From Bugula neritina (Eukaryota; Animalia; Bryozoa): 64,000 nucleotides of DNA. The DNA lies in the NCBI GenBank assembly GCA_964035545.1, contig OZ037766.1, positions 22,928,767 to 22,992,766 of the forward strand, written 5' to 3'. The notes beneath the pieces are model-generated. The model had not been told where the DNA came from, ran no database searches, and saw only the letters and a program-made list of their open reading frames with translations. The translations under genes and the position numbers were made by a program. Positions 40,401-55,400 of this stretch are shown piece after piece (position 1 is the first letter of the stretch; every line of letters begins with the position of its first letter).

Positions 40401-43400
40401 GATATATACACTACATAGACCTAGATATATAAACTACATAGACATAGATATATACACTACATAGACATAGATACTAACCAACACCACTCCAGTTTCGTGG
40501 TCATTCAAATGAAGTAATATTGACGTCAAATTACAGGTAATCTGTTCAAGGAAAGGCATAGCTGATGGACCATTTCCAAACTTAGCCAAGTTTCCGAACA
40601 GTTTGAATGCAGCTGCTCTCACTGACGACTCACTCTACAATCACACACAGCGGGTTCTGAAGCTATATAGTAATCTAACAGCCATTATAATAACCTGAGT
40701 GTTTTCTTACAACCAACCTTTTCAAAGCAGGGGCGTATTTTGAGAGCGATGTTAATTAGTATCGGCCTGATATGACTTTCATTAATAGAAAGCAGAATCT
40801 TTGATAGGCCAGACATGGCTTCTGTTGTTACAAGATTATCAATATCATCTCGGTCATCCATTCCAGACATCATGGCCGACAATATGGTGGTTGAGTATTT
40901 CTGGACCTGTTATATACCAAAATACATAATATAATAATATGAGTGCTGGCCAGGGAACAGTTGTAGTAGTACGGTATAAAGGATAAAACTTGTAGCTAAT
41001 AGTCTAAACCAAATCACTAACCAGACCATTAAACAATAGCTTTAATTGCTTGAGTAATAAGCTTGAGTTTGAATTTCTGTTTAGTGAGTGATAAGGTGCG
41101 TGACTGAGCAAGTGAGTCAGTAATTGAGTGAGTGAGTGAGTGAGTGAGTAAGTAAATAAGTAAGTGGGTGAGTGAATGTAAGTGAGTGAGCGAGTGAGTG
41201 ATGAGTGAGTTAGCAAGTGAGTTACTAAGTAAGCGAGTGAGTGAGTGACATCACTGCACACTAAGAGAATAATACTATCAAAGCTTACCATCTCAGTGCC
41301 GGTGTCTCCTATGTTACCCAGACCTCTGACACAAAGCCTGCGCACCTCAAGACACGAGTCAACGAGACGTCCCATAAGACTCCCTACTAATGTGTCTACC
41401 AGAGAGAGATCTCCGCCACACTTGTCTTTGATCAACTATATTAGAGAGAGAATTTATAACAAAATGAGGTTCAGAATTCAAATATCACATAATATAACAT
41501 CATAGCGTGTCACATCTTCTCACTGAATTTCACATATATCATACTGCATTAAATATGATATATTGCAGTCCTGATTATATATACAGTGCTCCCTCTGTAT
41601 CTCACAGTACCCTTTTTCACGAAATTCTACAGATCATGAAAAGGGCCTGGACCCCATGTTGGGGCTTATGTATGTATGTGGATAGGAACAAAATGGCCAA
41701 ATTTAATGGATCCGTGAGTTATATATCTGGTAAATTACTCTGTCACGAATTGAGGTCTTGGGACCCGTAGCTTAGTGAGATATGGAGGGAGCACTGTATT
41801 GCATTCCTGCTTATCATACATAACATTATTTTATACTGTATTATAGCTGGCATATCCTATTATAGCATGCCATCATATCACATCATATAAGATGCTATTA
41901 CAGCATGTAAGATCCCATCACATGTAATATCCTACAACAGCATGGTATATGCTATAATAGCATGTCATGCTATATCACAGCATAACAAAACTGTAGTGCT
42001 GAGGAAATAGAGAAGACAACTACCTGGCCGAAGAGAGCTGCAACTACAATTCTGTCTGTGTCATAGAGTGTTGAGAGGAAACTTCTCAAACTGGATATTA
42101 TATTGGTTATTTGACTTGGATTGTGCATAGCGAGACAACTACGGTAAAGAAGATAGTAGTAATATAACAGATATTTTAATGATACTCGGCGTATACTAAG
42201 AACAAGAAAGATATATCACACTGTACTCTACAAACAAGCTAACCTTGCTAAGCTCTCAATACCACAAACGTAGTCTGAAGTTGACTGTAGTTTTATCCAA
42301 ACCTTCTGCTCTTCTAAAACCGTACAAATGTTTTCGTTGTCTGCAATTTCAAAGAATGTCTTTAGAGTTTCCACACACAAGCTAAAACACAAAAAGAAAG
42401 TTCTCTAAATCTCATCCCCAAGAAAACTATTACAGAATTTTCTAGAACACATGTAAGAAAGCTGACTCAAGGATTTATTTGTGTAAATGAAACCTTTCTA
42501 TTAGAGGCCATTCAGCTGCTTCCTCTTTTTGATATGTCATATTCAATATGGTATTGAGCAAAAAAGCTTACATAATAATTACAATTAAATAGACAAAATA
42601 AGTAGACGACTCCATAGCACTACAACCACACTCAGGAAACACATCACTTACACGGACGGCACTATATCAACTGCTTTGCCAGGTTTAGGTTTGGAGGGAG
42701 TCTTGGATTTCTTATCTGTGGAGATCTTCCTTGTAGGAGGTTCAGCCAGAGTTGGGAATCTCACCCCGTGATACGAGCCGACCTTCAGCACCAAGGCTCC
42801 AAACAGGTGGTGGTAGTATTTACCAACAGTCTCCTTGACCTCAGGAACCTCCAGCATGTATTTCAAGGCCATCACAATCTACAAACAGATCCATGTCACG
42901 TTCATACTTTTAATTGCTGTCCAGGTGAATGTGAAGACCAAACAAACGTACGAGACAGTTGGATGGTAAATATTGAAAAGGTGATATGTGTGATCTTGTC
43001 GCATGCATAGACTATGCAGCTAGTGTTGGTCCAAATTTAAATTATAAGTCTGTAAGGGTATCCAATTAATATTATGTCTGTCGCATTTAACTGATAACCC
43101 GGCAAGCTCAGTTATATTGCTGCAAAATTTGAATAAAGGCATTCACCGAAAGAGGTTGGAGTGTGGCAACTTTTTCAGACGCCTTCTTATCTGCCGAGCT
43201 GGTCTTTTCTTCATACGGCATGTTTTGCTTGAGCATCTCCAGAAAAGTTTCAATCACTCTATCTGCAGATGAGGGGTTCTTGGCCAAGATTTTCCAGAAC
43301 TCTACTACACTGTGAATGTGTATGGTAAAGATATATATAATTCATAAAAAAGTAATACATATATCAGCACGATTCTAACAGAAGTAATTGACTCGACTAG

Positions 43401-46400
43401 TGACATTAATATGACACCAGTGTGACATCATAATCTAGTGTCACATCAATTTAGCACTAATATGACAACTGCAACAGGTTGAATATTTGAGATATATGCA
43501 GGTAAAAAAAAACAACAGAATAATACAAACAGCTTAAAATTTTACCTGAATCTTTGAGAGCACTAAATAACATTCACAAAACATAAGACATGTATGCTAC
43601 TATATTATGTCAATAAAATTTTCAAATACATATAATGGATAGGAAACACAAACCTCTCGTCGTATGGCAATGAATAACTTAGCAAGCACTGTATGAGAGT
43701 GTCAAGATGATGATCTGAAAGAAACTTGACACACCTAAGAGCACCTGTGCGTGTCTGCTCATATTTAATGTAGTACAATCTGGCATGTAACTTAGCCAGG
43801 AGGTTATCAACCTAAAAAGAGTTCACCATCCCTATGTTGTAACAATACTATACAACCAGATATATATGTCAAACTTAGCGATAAAACTTTTTCCTGTGAA
43901 GCCTAAGTGCATTAGATGAGCACTTTTTGAAAAGCTTATAATTCAGCTAGACTCTAAAGATATGGTAAAAGCAGTTTTTAATTTTAAATCATTACAAAAT
44001 CTAAGATTTTCCAAATACAGACAATTTTAAAAGTGAAAAATCAAATTCTTCATAGATCTAGAAAAAAAACAAAGGAAAGCTGTGCAAATTTTTTTGAAAG
44101 ATAATTTAGTATTATGGTAAAGTACGAGAGTCAAATAACACACAGATATGTAAACCTTACACAGATAAAAGCTAGTAATTGCATGAATGCAGGCAGATGA
44201 ATGCAGGCAGATGAATGCAGGCAGCTGAATGCAGGCAGATGAATGCAGGCAGATGAATGCAGGCAGCTGAATGCAGGCAGATGAATGCAGGCAGATGAAT
44301 GCAGGCAGATAAGCAAAGATAGGTATCGGAATTACCTGATGACTGAACTCAGCACCTCTAAGTTTAACAACTCCGTTAAGTACAACACAAGCACCGTTAG
44401 AGCACAAGGCCTGGCTGTCTGCCAAACCTTCTATCAAGACATCAACTAAAGAGGTCAGCTGAGTACCGGTTGGAAACTTCTTGGCTATCACCTGCAACCA
44501 TTCATATTTACAATAAAATAAAATTAGTAATTGTATGAAATAAGACAGATTAGTAGATGAACGGTTAGCCTCGTGAGTGAAGACTAGGTGAAATAGTGAA
44601 TAAATAGAACACACCTTTGCCAAATCATTAACAGCATTGAATAAGACGGACGCATCGCTCTTTTGCAGCCTCTCTTTGAGAATTGGTAGAGCATCAACCA
44701 TCTTATCTGCTGTATCTACAGGAATGTCTACAAAAAAGTTGAAAACACAAAATAGCATGTAGCAATACAGTTACATACTGAAAAGTTGGTAAAATGTTAG
44801 TTCTAATTTACAACAGAATACCCCTAGTTTAGTTTGTTTTAAAATTTACAAAACTTTTTAGTCATTATCTACTTTTTTTATAAAAACAAGAATCAACAAC
44901 ACAAATCAACAATAAACCGAACACACAGGTTAAATAATCACATCATCAAGAATTTAGTATGATTAATATTCACCTGTATAAACCAGGTGTATTCTGAGCA
45001 TAGCCTGTATCGCCATAATAGCTTCATTTCTAACAGAAATGGTAGGGTCAGTACATCTGGGTATGAGTTTGCCCACAACCTCCCCCAACACTACCATATC
45101 TTCACTCTTCTACAGAACAGATGAAGCTTGAAGATGCAAAGACTATATTTTCGAGCATTAAATAATAATATATTATAATCACAAAACAGGTCATACATTT
45201 TGGCTGAAACCAGCAGTTGCTGTGCCTCTCCAGCATACATAGATTATTTATCAACAAGTTACCATCAGATTTAGAGAGTCTGATAGTTTTTCTTTTAATT
45301 AAACAAATTATCATCTAAGTATAGTAATATGCAGACTTGACAATGTGACTCAATCTTACATTAGACATGTCCATGTGGTCTAGGTAGTATTTGACAAGGA
45401 AATGAAGTATAGACACGGCCTTCTCTCTCTCGTTGTCTTTCTCTGAACTGACCCACGGGAGTATGTGCTGTAATTATAAACTGACTACATGTACATGTGC
45501 ACTCTCATAACCAGTTATTTGAAACTTAGTCTCTAAATTATGATATAACATCAACAGGTACACCCAGGGTTGTGATGAGTATTACATCATGTAGCACATT
45601 TCAGTAAAAAAGTAATGAAATATTAAAGAAACGAAATATTAAGTAAAGCATAGTTTAAACTTTTTATTCTCGGTTTAGCGTTTAGTTTTGTGATAACAGC
45701 TATATTCAGCACAAAAGACATTGTTTTTACATTAAATTCTTGACTAATAGAAACATTTTTGGCACCTGGCCATAAAGCAGTGATGAACAACCTCTAAATA
45801 TACACTATATATAGACTTACAGAAATCAATAGGAAATAAAACGACCATTGAACATTAAAACACAAAAAATAAACTCAGAATTGCAAAATTACCACCTTGA
45901 CTATGGACTGAAGATTGGTGGGAGAAAAGTTTGTGAGCAGAAATTCTTCCAGTAAACTATTTAGTGACTGGACCGTGGAGTTGAGAAGTTGTTGCTGCAT
46001 GACCTGCTGTTCATATGTCTCAGACTTTCCTTTAGCTGTACTCTCAGGTAGACTGAGTACAGACGTGATGCAGGTATGTAAAACATTATGACTATCAGCT
46101 TCTGATAACAGTGGCTCAAGTTTACTAGATACATGAAATAAGGAATATTTACCGCAGGCACATGTGATGAAAATATCTAATAATTTATTTTACTAATAGT
46201 TATGTGATAGTCGCACATGTATGACAGAAGGAAGTTCGTTAGAAAGGATACACCAGAGCAGCACATGCACTGAAGACGCAGATTCTTATCTGTCCAGTGA
46301 GTTTTTCGGTCGATTCATTCTTCACACAAGTCTAACAAAATATGAAAATATTTTACTCTTCAGCTCAGAGCAGTTATTACAACTTTAGACCTCTAAGCAA

Positions 46401-49400
46401 GACATATTCAAGTAAAGAAAATATTATGCTTGGAACTAATAACTGTACGGTTTCGACAATCGGACAGCCAAATTGAGTAACTGTGAAATGTGATCTATTA
46501 ATAGCAGTTTTAATGCAAAATGAGTATCATGTGTTTCCCATTTTTGGTACAGCAAGAACTGTATACTCTGGTGGTAATTGAAACAAACACCAAAAATGAA
46601 CTGAAATATACAAAACCAAACCTACATAAAACACAGTCTTTGTTTTTCTACAAGATTTTGATACAGATTGATGCTTGAATGAAAAAATTATTAATCTGCA
46701 TGACTAATGAACCCCTGCTTATGAAAGTTAAAAATGCTGACTATGGTATTGAAATTGCAGCCGGAATTACTTTGTATGTGTCTTAATGACTTGATTTGTT
46801 GCGACCTATTTGTATAGCCGTAATTTGTAATAATTTGTAGGAGTTTATAGAGATGTGGATTATTTACTGGTTCTTTAAGTTGAATTATTTTATAATATAA
46901 AACACAGTATTTATATAGCTACAATAAGTGGGAAGGGCTTACAATATTAAGAATTATCATATTATGACAGTATGGCTATTTATAAATGATATGTTCTTTG
47001 AACTAGAAATACCTACCATGAGATAATCTAAGAATTGTGTTCTCTCGGAGAAAGGGTGTTTCCTGTGTAAATGAAGAGGGTCTAAGGACTTGGCTATCAG
47101 CTCTATCGTGTTTATCAAATATTTCTTTAGTATAGGATCCTTCAACATCACAAAATATATCTTGTAGACAACATATATTATAATAAATATTAGAAGATTC
47201 AAACCTTCATTTAAAAAAAACAACACTATTACTTTCCAAAATTAAAAGTAACAAATTTGTGTATAAAGCTACATGTCGAGAAAATTAAATGAATAAAATG
47301 GTAAGTTGTCTTCTTTGAATTAACCAGTAAAAATATATATTCTTACTTTTTGATTGGAGAAATGAGGAGTAATATTTCGCACTATCACAGCATCTACTCT
47401 AGAGGTGACAAGAGAGACTGGTGCGTACAGAGTGACGTAACCATATGACATCATCACCGTCTGTTTCAAGAGCAAATTGTCAGCGTTTTCGGATGTGTTC
47501 ACTTTCTCCTGTTTAAATGAGACAGATTTGAATTTAAGCTGTTTTATCCTCTTGTTATTGGAGTACGTTCTGTCAACACACAATCAAATCAACTTCAGCA
47601 GCTTTAAACTAACTCTTTTTCACCCTTTAACCTGTGCTGCCATCTAGACAACACATTTCTAGACCAAATTGGCTGTGCAGAATAAGAAAACTTTGGCAAA
47701 AAAGGCAAAGCAACTAGCAACACTTTGTTACCTTGATAAAACTGATAAAGCTGGATGTCTTTTTACCACCATCCAGTTTGATAGCTTGCTCTAGCTTGGT
47801 GAGAACAGAGTCGAAGTGGGCAGCAGAAGCAAAGCCTAGACCTGCAGCCAGTCCTTGTTGCTCAATCTATATATAATAGATACATACACTATGTAAAAGG
47901 CGTAGTACACACATTACATAAGGGTCATTTTACTTAAATTAGTACATACTGGAAATCTCAAGTTTTTAGCTATTTTTTACTATTTAGTTGCTAATGAACA
48001 TGGATTTTTGCCCAAAACTAGCAAAATATCAATAAATACACCTAAGTAATCAAGGGTTTTTTAATTTTTCTTGATTTCCTATGTTTTTTTCCTAATTACA
48101 GCTACTTTTGATTGCGGACCGTTAGTTGTTTTGTAACGGTCTGCAATCCAAATAAGCTAAATTAATGAGAAAAAACATGGGAAATCATGCAAAATTACAA
48201 AAAACCTTGATTATTTAGGTGTATTTCTTGACGTTTCACTAATTTTGGGCAAAAACCCATGTTCATTAGCAGCTAAATTGTGAAAAATAACTAAGAACTG
48301 GAGATTTCCAGTGTGTACTAAATTAAGTTAAATGACCCATAAACATATACAACTGTTGAATAATCATAGGATTCACAGAACAAAGAGATAGATTTATACA
48401 TCAGATAGATACAAACTATACACAGTGAAATTATCTTTATATATACACAATCATGCATATGAAATAAACTGCATAAACATGATAAAGACTAAATAAACAT
48501 ACTATGATATAGAATATAGATTATACCACATAGACTAATATATAACATAAGTATATACTCCACCTACACAACACATATATACAAAGACACCAAGGTATAT
48601 ACTACAGGGACACAGAAAGATATACTACACAGACATAAGGATATATATTACTTACTTCTTTGTGATGGTTAACAGCAGCAAACATTGCCTGCATACAACT
48701 CTGAATGAACTCTTTCTTTGTAGCTTTCTTCATTACCACTCCAAGACATTTGAGACAGAAGCCCTGAAGCAGAAATGTACACATCATAGATGCCCATCTC
48801 TGTACACACAAAAGAATTATTCACATATATGCACATCCACACATAGATAAGCATACCTAAAAAATCATCGAGGAGTTGGTTAGAGATTGCTACATTGACG
48901 CTGAGTTTATAATTCAATTCTTAAAAACATTCCTAATTTTTTGCAGTTATGAGAAAAAAATATTAACATAGCACTAGTATCACCGATAGATGCATTAATA
49001 TAGAAACTAAAAGTATACAAAGACATGCAAAACTTATATATAGTGGAGTTATTCTGTTTGCTAAAACTTGTAATTCTTTAAACAAAAATGACATTTCTTC
49101 AACAGAAGACTTCAAAATTTACTTAATCAATCTAGCACAATGATATATAAAAATACAATAGTGAATAGATCATATCTATGAAAAAGATACATCTATCTAG
49201 TAAATGCATTGAGGTGATTAAATAATCATGTATTGACATCATATTTAGGCATGCTTACTCTTTTAGATTTTTACAGCATACATAACTTTATGTTGAATGA
49301 AATGGTTGAAAATCAAGTATATTGAAAAGAAAAAAGTTTAAACATTGGACTAACCTTTTCTTCGGGATATTCTTTGTACAGTTGAAGCTGCTCTTCAAAA

Positions 49401-52400
49401 GCTTTGCCTAACTCAATGGTCCAATCTTCATCATCTACACAGTCCAGAGATTTGGAGAGAAGCTGGTAATGATTATATTAACAATATACAACCCTGACAG
49501 TATCTTACAGTAATAAACTGTGCTCATGTGTGTGTAAAACACACAAACAGTGGACTGCTATTAGAGTAAAGGTGAAGTAGCTTACTTACATGTATGCAGT
49601 CTACAAGTAGAGTAATATACTTACGTGTAAAATGAGGTCATTCCAATTTTTCTGTGGAAATTCATCTTGATTTTCGTATTCTACAGAACATATGCACTGC
49701 TCATAACTAAGCACAGCCAAACACAACAGTAAACACAACAGTAAACACAGTAAACTAGTCATGGTCAAATGAGCAATGCAAAGTTTACTAGCTGTCTCAC
49801 CTTCAAGCTTAACCTGCATTTTAGGAATCACTTCACTCCACACACCAACGATATCCTCGTGTAGATTGGGAGCCAGAGAAGCCATAGCATTCAGTACATG
49901 GCAGCCCCTTTGTCCCCCGTTCTCTGGTATACCAGACATTACAAAGAACCTGGCTATCAACTGCCTGGCATTAGGCAAATTGGCTATAAGGAAACAGTAT
50001 CTTTATACTAAAGCAGGGCGGAGAACATCTGTTGATTGCGGTTTTTATTACAAAGTTCCAAAACAAAGAAAAATTGCAAAAAATGTTGCTAAAATATTTC
50101 CATCAGTTTTCGACCTTAACAATCAACTTGACGATTGTCAACATTTCACAATAAGATACATGTATGTAGTAATATACACATGTATGTAGTAATATACACA
50201 TGTATGTAGCAATATACACATGTATGTAGTAATATATACATGTATGTAGTAATATATACATGTATGTAGTAATATACACATGTATGTAGTAATATACACA
50301 TGTATGTAGCAATATACACATGTATGTAGTAATATACACATGTATGTAGTAATATACACATGTATGTAGTAATATACACATGTATGTAGCAATATACACA
50401 TGTATGTAGTAATATATACATGTATGTAGTAATATATACATGTATGTAGTAATATACACATGTATGTAGTAATATACACATGTATGTAGTAATATATACA
50501 TGTATGTAGTAATATATACATGCATGTAGTAATATATACATGTATGTAGTAATATACACATGTATGTAGTAATATACACATGTATGTAGCAATATACACA
50601 TGTATGTAGTAATATACACATGTATGTAGTAATATACACATGTATGTAGTAATATATACATGTATGTAGTAATATACACATGTATGTAGCAATTTACACA
50701 TGTATGTAGTAATATACACATGTATGTAGTAATATATACATGTATGTAGTAATATACACATGTATGTAGTAATATACACATGTATGTAGTAATATACACA
50801 TGTGTGTAGTAATATATACATGTGTGTAGTAATATACACATGTATGTAGCAATATACACATGTATGTAGTAATATACACATGTATGTAGTAATATACACA
50901 TGTATGTAGTAATATATACATGTATGTAGTAATATACACATGCATGTAGTAATATATACATGTATATATGTATATAATTATATAAACGGCAGTAAATAGC
51001 ATCACTAAAGACAGTGCGTAATAATAGTATATAGAAACAATTTAGATATCTAAGAATAATCTACAAAATCTGCCACCTTCGTCTTCATAGTCTATCAAAT
51101 AGTCGGCATCATTTCTCTTCTCTTTTCCTCTCAGCTAAGGAACTCAAGTTTTTGCAGACAACTCCAAACGCTTCTGTGTACGTATTAGGAATAATAAACT
51201 CAAGAAGGAATGGCCACAGAACCTACCAGAAACACGAAACAATGGGACGTGAAGCTACCAACACACATATAGAGTAAAGTTTTCAAAGTAGCTGTGGCTA
51301 CAACCCTTACACCAGACTCGCTGTGTACATTTTTAAAAGTTTTGTAACCAAAATTTTAATTGGTTACAACTTGCCAAAAAAATGTATATACCGCCCAACC
51401 AAATAACATGTTCCTTACAACAATGTTAGGCTATAGCCATAAGCAAAGCGTTAGAGTATGTTGAAAATATCTTGAATATATGTGAGTTTTGTTTGAGTTT
51501 GAAAACAATAAACATGTATACATACAAAAATGAAATATATTAGTAAAGTACATGTTTGATACCTTTTCCATGATCTCTACGGTAGTTACAACTAGATGAA
51601 GAACACTCTCACACATAGATCTCAATGCTTGTGGCGAGGTGTGGTCTGGATCCGCAGGTTTCTTAGTTGGAACCTTGAAAACAACACCAATGGTCAAATT
51701 AGTCACACAGTACGTGCCATGATTGATGTATATAAAATGTAGTCAAATTTCCAGCTGGAATTATTACAGTCGGTACCAAAATAAAACAAAACATCTGAAA
51801 AATGAAACTTCAAACGAGTTCAGCAATATTTAATAAAAGTTGTCTTCATTACAAAATTATAATCATTAGAAAATTAGTTTTAAAAGAGCCATGATTAGTG
51901 ACGCGAAAACTAAAATATCAACAGGGTTGACAGCTATGATCACTTTTGAATTACAGTTTAAATAATTTCAAATGTGTATGAAATTATTTCAACAAAAAGT
52001 TAAAATCCTAAAAAAAAGTTTCAAAATTAATCGAATTTTTGAGCTCTACCTAATTTGTTTAACATAAATTTATACACAAATAATGTCTAAAATTTATAAG
52101 AGGTATTACTGATTTAGGACAAAGAAGATTCGTTTACCAAACCAAATAATTATTTAGCCATTTCATGAACTACAGACAGAAAAATTTTCTTCTCTATCAG
52201 CTTTATATTTCCCCAATTTGCATTGTTTTTATAGTTCGTTACAAAAACAAAACAATCTTCATCTAAATAATAAAACTGAAAATGACCAAATACTTGTTAC
52301 TAGTATTTATTGAAGTACTGTGCTATAATTTTCATCACTTTAACTTACAGAAGCATCTTGCAAAGTACATTGTCTCACAATAAATTCTATCATCATCTCT

Positions 52401-55400
52401 CCACCCTCCAACTCCAGGTAACCGTGATGAGCCATGGCTATTATAGTCTGAACAAATACCTTTCTAACCTGCGAAATCAACCCAAGGCTATGACACATTG
52501 AATTATTGAAAGGAGCATACAGAATTCATAGAAACTAGTATATGCATTAAAATTTATATGTTTTTATAAACTGTAAAATAGTACCCGCATCCTTTTCAAA
52601 ATAGTAGTATGACACTATGATATATCAAAAGGAAAATATAAGAAAATTGGTCCTTCTCTTGCCAGCTTGTGTGTGAGCTTACTGAATGATATGGCAACTT
52701 TTTTCTAATAATTTTTAATTTTTACTTTTATTGTTGCCTAAAATGTGAGGTCACTCTGTTTAATTTGAGCAGCAACATTGCATCATATCTAAACTATTTC
52801 ATTTCCGGTTATTTATTGTTGTTTTTCATTTATTGTCTTATTTTTGTATGGACATAAAGTCCATTTTTGTAGCAATATTGTGCCATGTAAGAAACTCAAC
52901 TAGGCTTGTATGGTTAAAACTTAAATCAATATATATGTTCAACTGTCAGTTCAAAGCGTAAAATATATCACAACTCTAAAGTGCTTTCAAATAAAATGAA
53001 ATTTAATCTATCGAAATAAATTTATATGTGAGTAGACAATTCTCCACTAGTCACTTGTTTGAACTCTTTACAAATTTTTTTGTGTAATAGAAGGCACCAC
53101 ATAAATCAGCCACTAAACAGGCTGAGGTATTAAATGGCCGAATTAGCAGCAACTGAGTGACTCTAGTTTCTGCTAAAGAATAGAAAGCGATCAGAAATCG
53201 CATATTAATTCATGACATGTTTGCACAAAATTGATCATAAAACAAACCTGTTTGAGCATAAAACTCTCAAACAGTTTGAGATGATAGCTGAGATATATGC
53301 ATACAATTATTTTAATACTGCATAAATAAAGTGTGTCAGAGATTCATTAACACTCCTTTCACATTAAAACATTAAATAAAATTAAAAGCTTAGACACACC
53401 TTTAGACTAGGCTCCTGAGTGAGTAGCTTAAGACCTGAAATGATGAGAGCTTTCTTTATATCCATATGATGACCGCCCGTATTGATCAAGTGTCTCAGTA
53501 TGAACAGAGCACCGATTCTAATTCTCTCTTCCTTCTGTTCCAACTTGTGAAGAAGATTTGCCACAACTTTGTCAGAATACGTTCTGTCTGCATAGGATAT
53601 TAGATAAAAAACAATTAGTAAACAAGATGTTGAAGTAATTAATGCTCTCTGGGATAAGGGTTCCTAACAACGGAGCAGTGCCCTCTGGAGGAATTTTGAA
53701 CTTTTAGGGGAGACTGAGATGCGCCTGAATTCCAATTTTTTGATCATGCAGTGTGAGTGCATTGCATAATCTGAAAGGGGAAACAGAGCAAGGGCAAGAT
53801 ATTAACCTCTGTTCTAAATAGTCTAGCAAATCAGTTTAAAAGTACCAATAGAGCATTATGAGAAAACTGCAAGAAACTATAACCAGATAAAAACATCAAC
53901 ATTATGGAGTATAAATTTACTCACTAAGCATTGCAAAACATCTGAGCAACTCGTTCTGATTTTTCACTTGATCGTTGTTAGAGAAGTCGACAGGCTGGCA
54001 GATGAACGAATGCAGCTGATTGGTTATTGGCTCCCATAGAGTTTCTAAGTTAAGGGAGTCGTTTTGAGTTGCAGAATCCAATACCATACAGAAACTCTAA
54101 AACGATACTAAGAGATATACTTTATGCAGGGTGTCATACAAGGACTCTAGTATATAGCTTAAGAAATATGATGTATAGACAGCAAAATATACTATTATAT
54201 AGACACTATATAATAGTATAGATATTGTAGTACCAGTCATAGATTATAGAGCAAATGAGCAATACGTAGAGCATCAGGCAGAGAGATTATGCAATAAATA
54301 TCACATATTGTAAACTATATTCAATCTGCTGAATCTAACACAGGGCATACGTATAGTTAATTTTGATTCCTGTATCTTAAAGACTATAAAGACATATGAG
54401 TTTCATACCTCAGTAATAGCTAGGTGGTCCAGGAAGCTGCTATGCTTTTTGTATAAACTTAAAACACCAGGTATCAGTTTAGGAAGCTGTTCCGTTAGCT
54501 TTGCTTTGCTTATCACATGGGAAACATTACCAAGAGCTCGAATGATGCCAACTCTCAACTAAAACACACAATACAGTCAACTCTCACTATGCTAATTCTA
54601 AACTAGAGCCAATGCACAGTCCTATATATCAAGCTGTAACATATATTAGAATGAGACTTAAAATTAGTGTAAAATCAACGGATAATAATGTTATTAGTAG
54701 AACTAAAAAACATAAAATTTCGATTTTGTGATTAGAATAACACTGGGCTATCTAGCACATCACAGATAAGGAACTGGACAGTCTAATGAATAGTGAGTAC
54801 AACGTCACATTGATAACAATGTGTAATCTCCAGTTGTTCCATCATCTAACATAATACAATATAATAGAGCTTCTGACAACACCAGCTGATAAACTGCATT
54901 TAGTTGGAATAACAAAGCAGCTCAAAAATTTTTGTGATTTCCTATGATTAGCCATGTAAAAGTTATTTGATTGTGAGTGTATGTTCAAGTTCTCCCATCA
55001 CCTCCCACCTTGTATATTATAGCTTTGACAACTTTCTACATCATTATCCAATTTACATAAAGACCTGGCTATTAAAAATGAAGGCAACATTTAAACAGAT
55101 TTTGTAAGAATAAATGGTACATTTTTGCCACCCTCATATTTCTACGCATTGTAGAAAACATTTCTACAGTACACAAAACTATACACAGGCTGTAATAAGC
55201 TAGTCTGTAGCTTTCAATTGAAATAAAAAATGTTATGAGATGAAGAATATTATTAAATTAAACTAACAATAACAATTATTAATGAAGCACATTATGCTAT
55301 CTGCATATAGAAGACTGATCTATTAAAATATTAGTAACGAAATAACTTTGACTTACAAAGAGAAACTAGACCTAAAAAAAATTAAAAATCGGAAGGAATT

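Noticed and set aside
40434-40622. MROH1 truncated by the minisatellite at ~40.4 kb
   Set aside because: The missing C-terminal exons are present in phase at 34448-35372.
44027-44758. 243-aa ORF with LHSSACI repeats as a novel protein
   Set aside because: It is read-through of two MROH1 exons, an in-frame intron and a 14-bp tandem repeat.
50103-51005. Long Tyr/His/Cys-rich ORFs (up to 271 aa)
   Set aside because: They are translations of a 20-bp minisatellite, open in all three - strand frames, inside an MROH1 intron.
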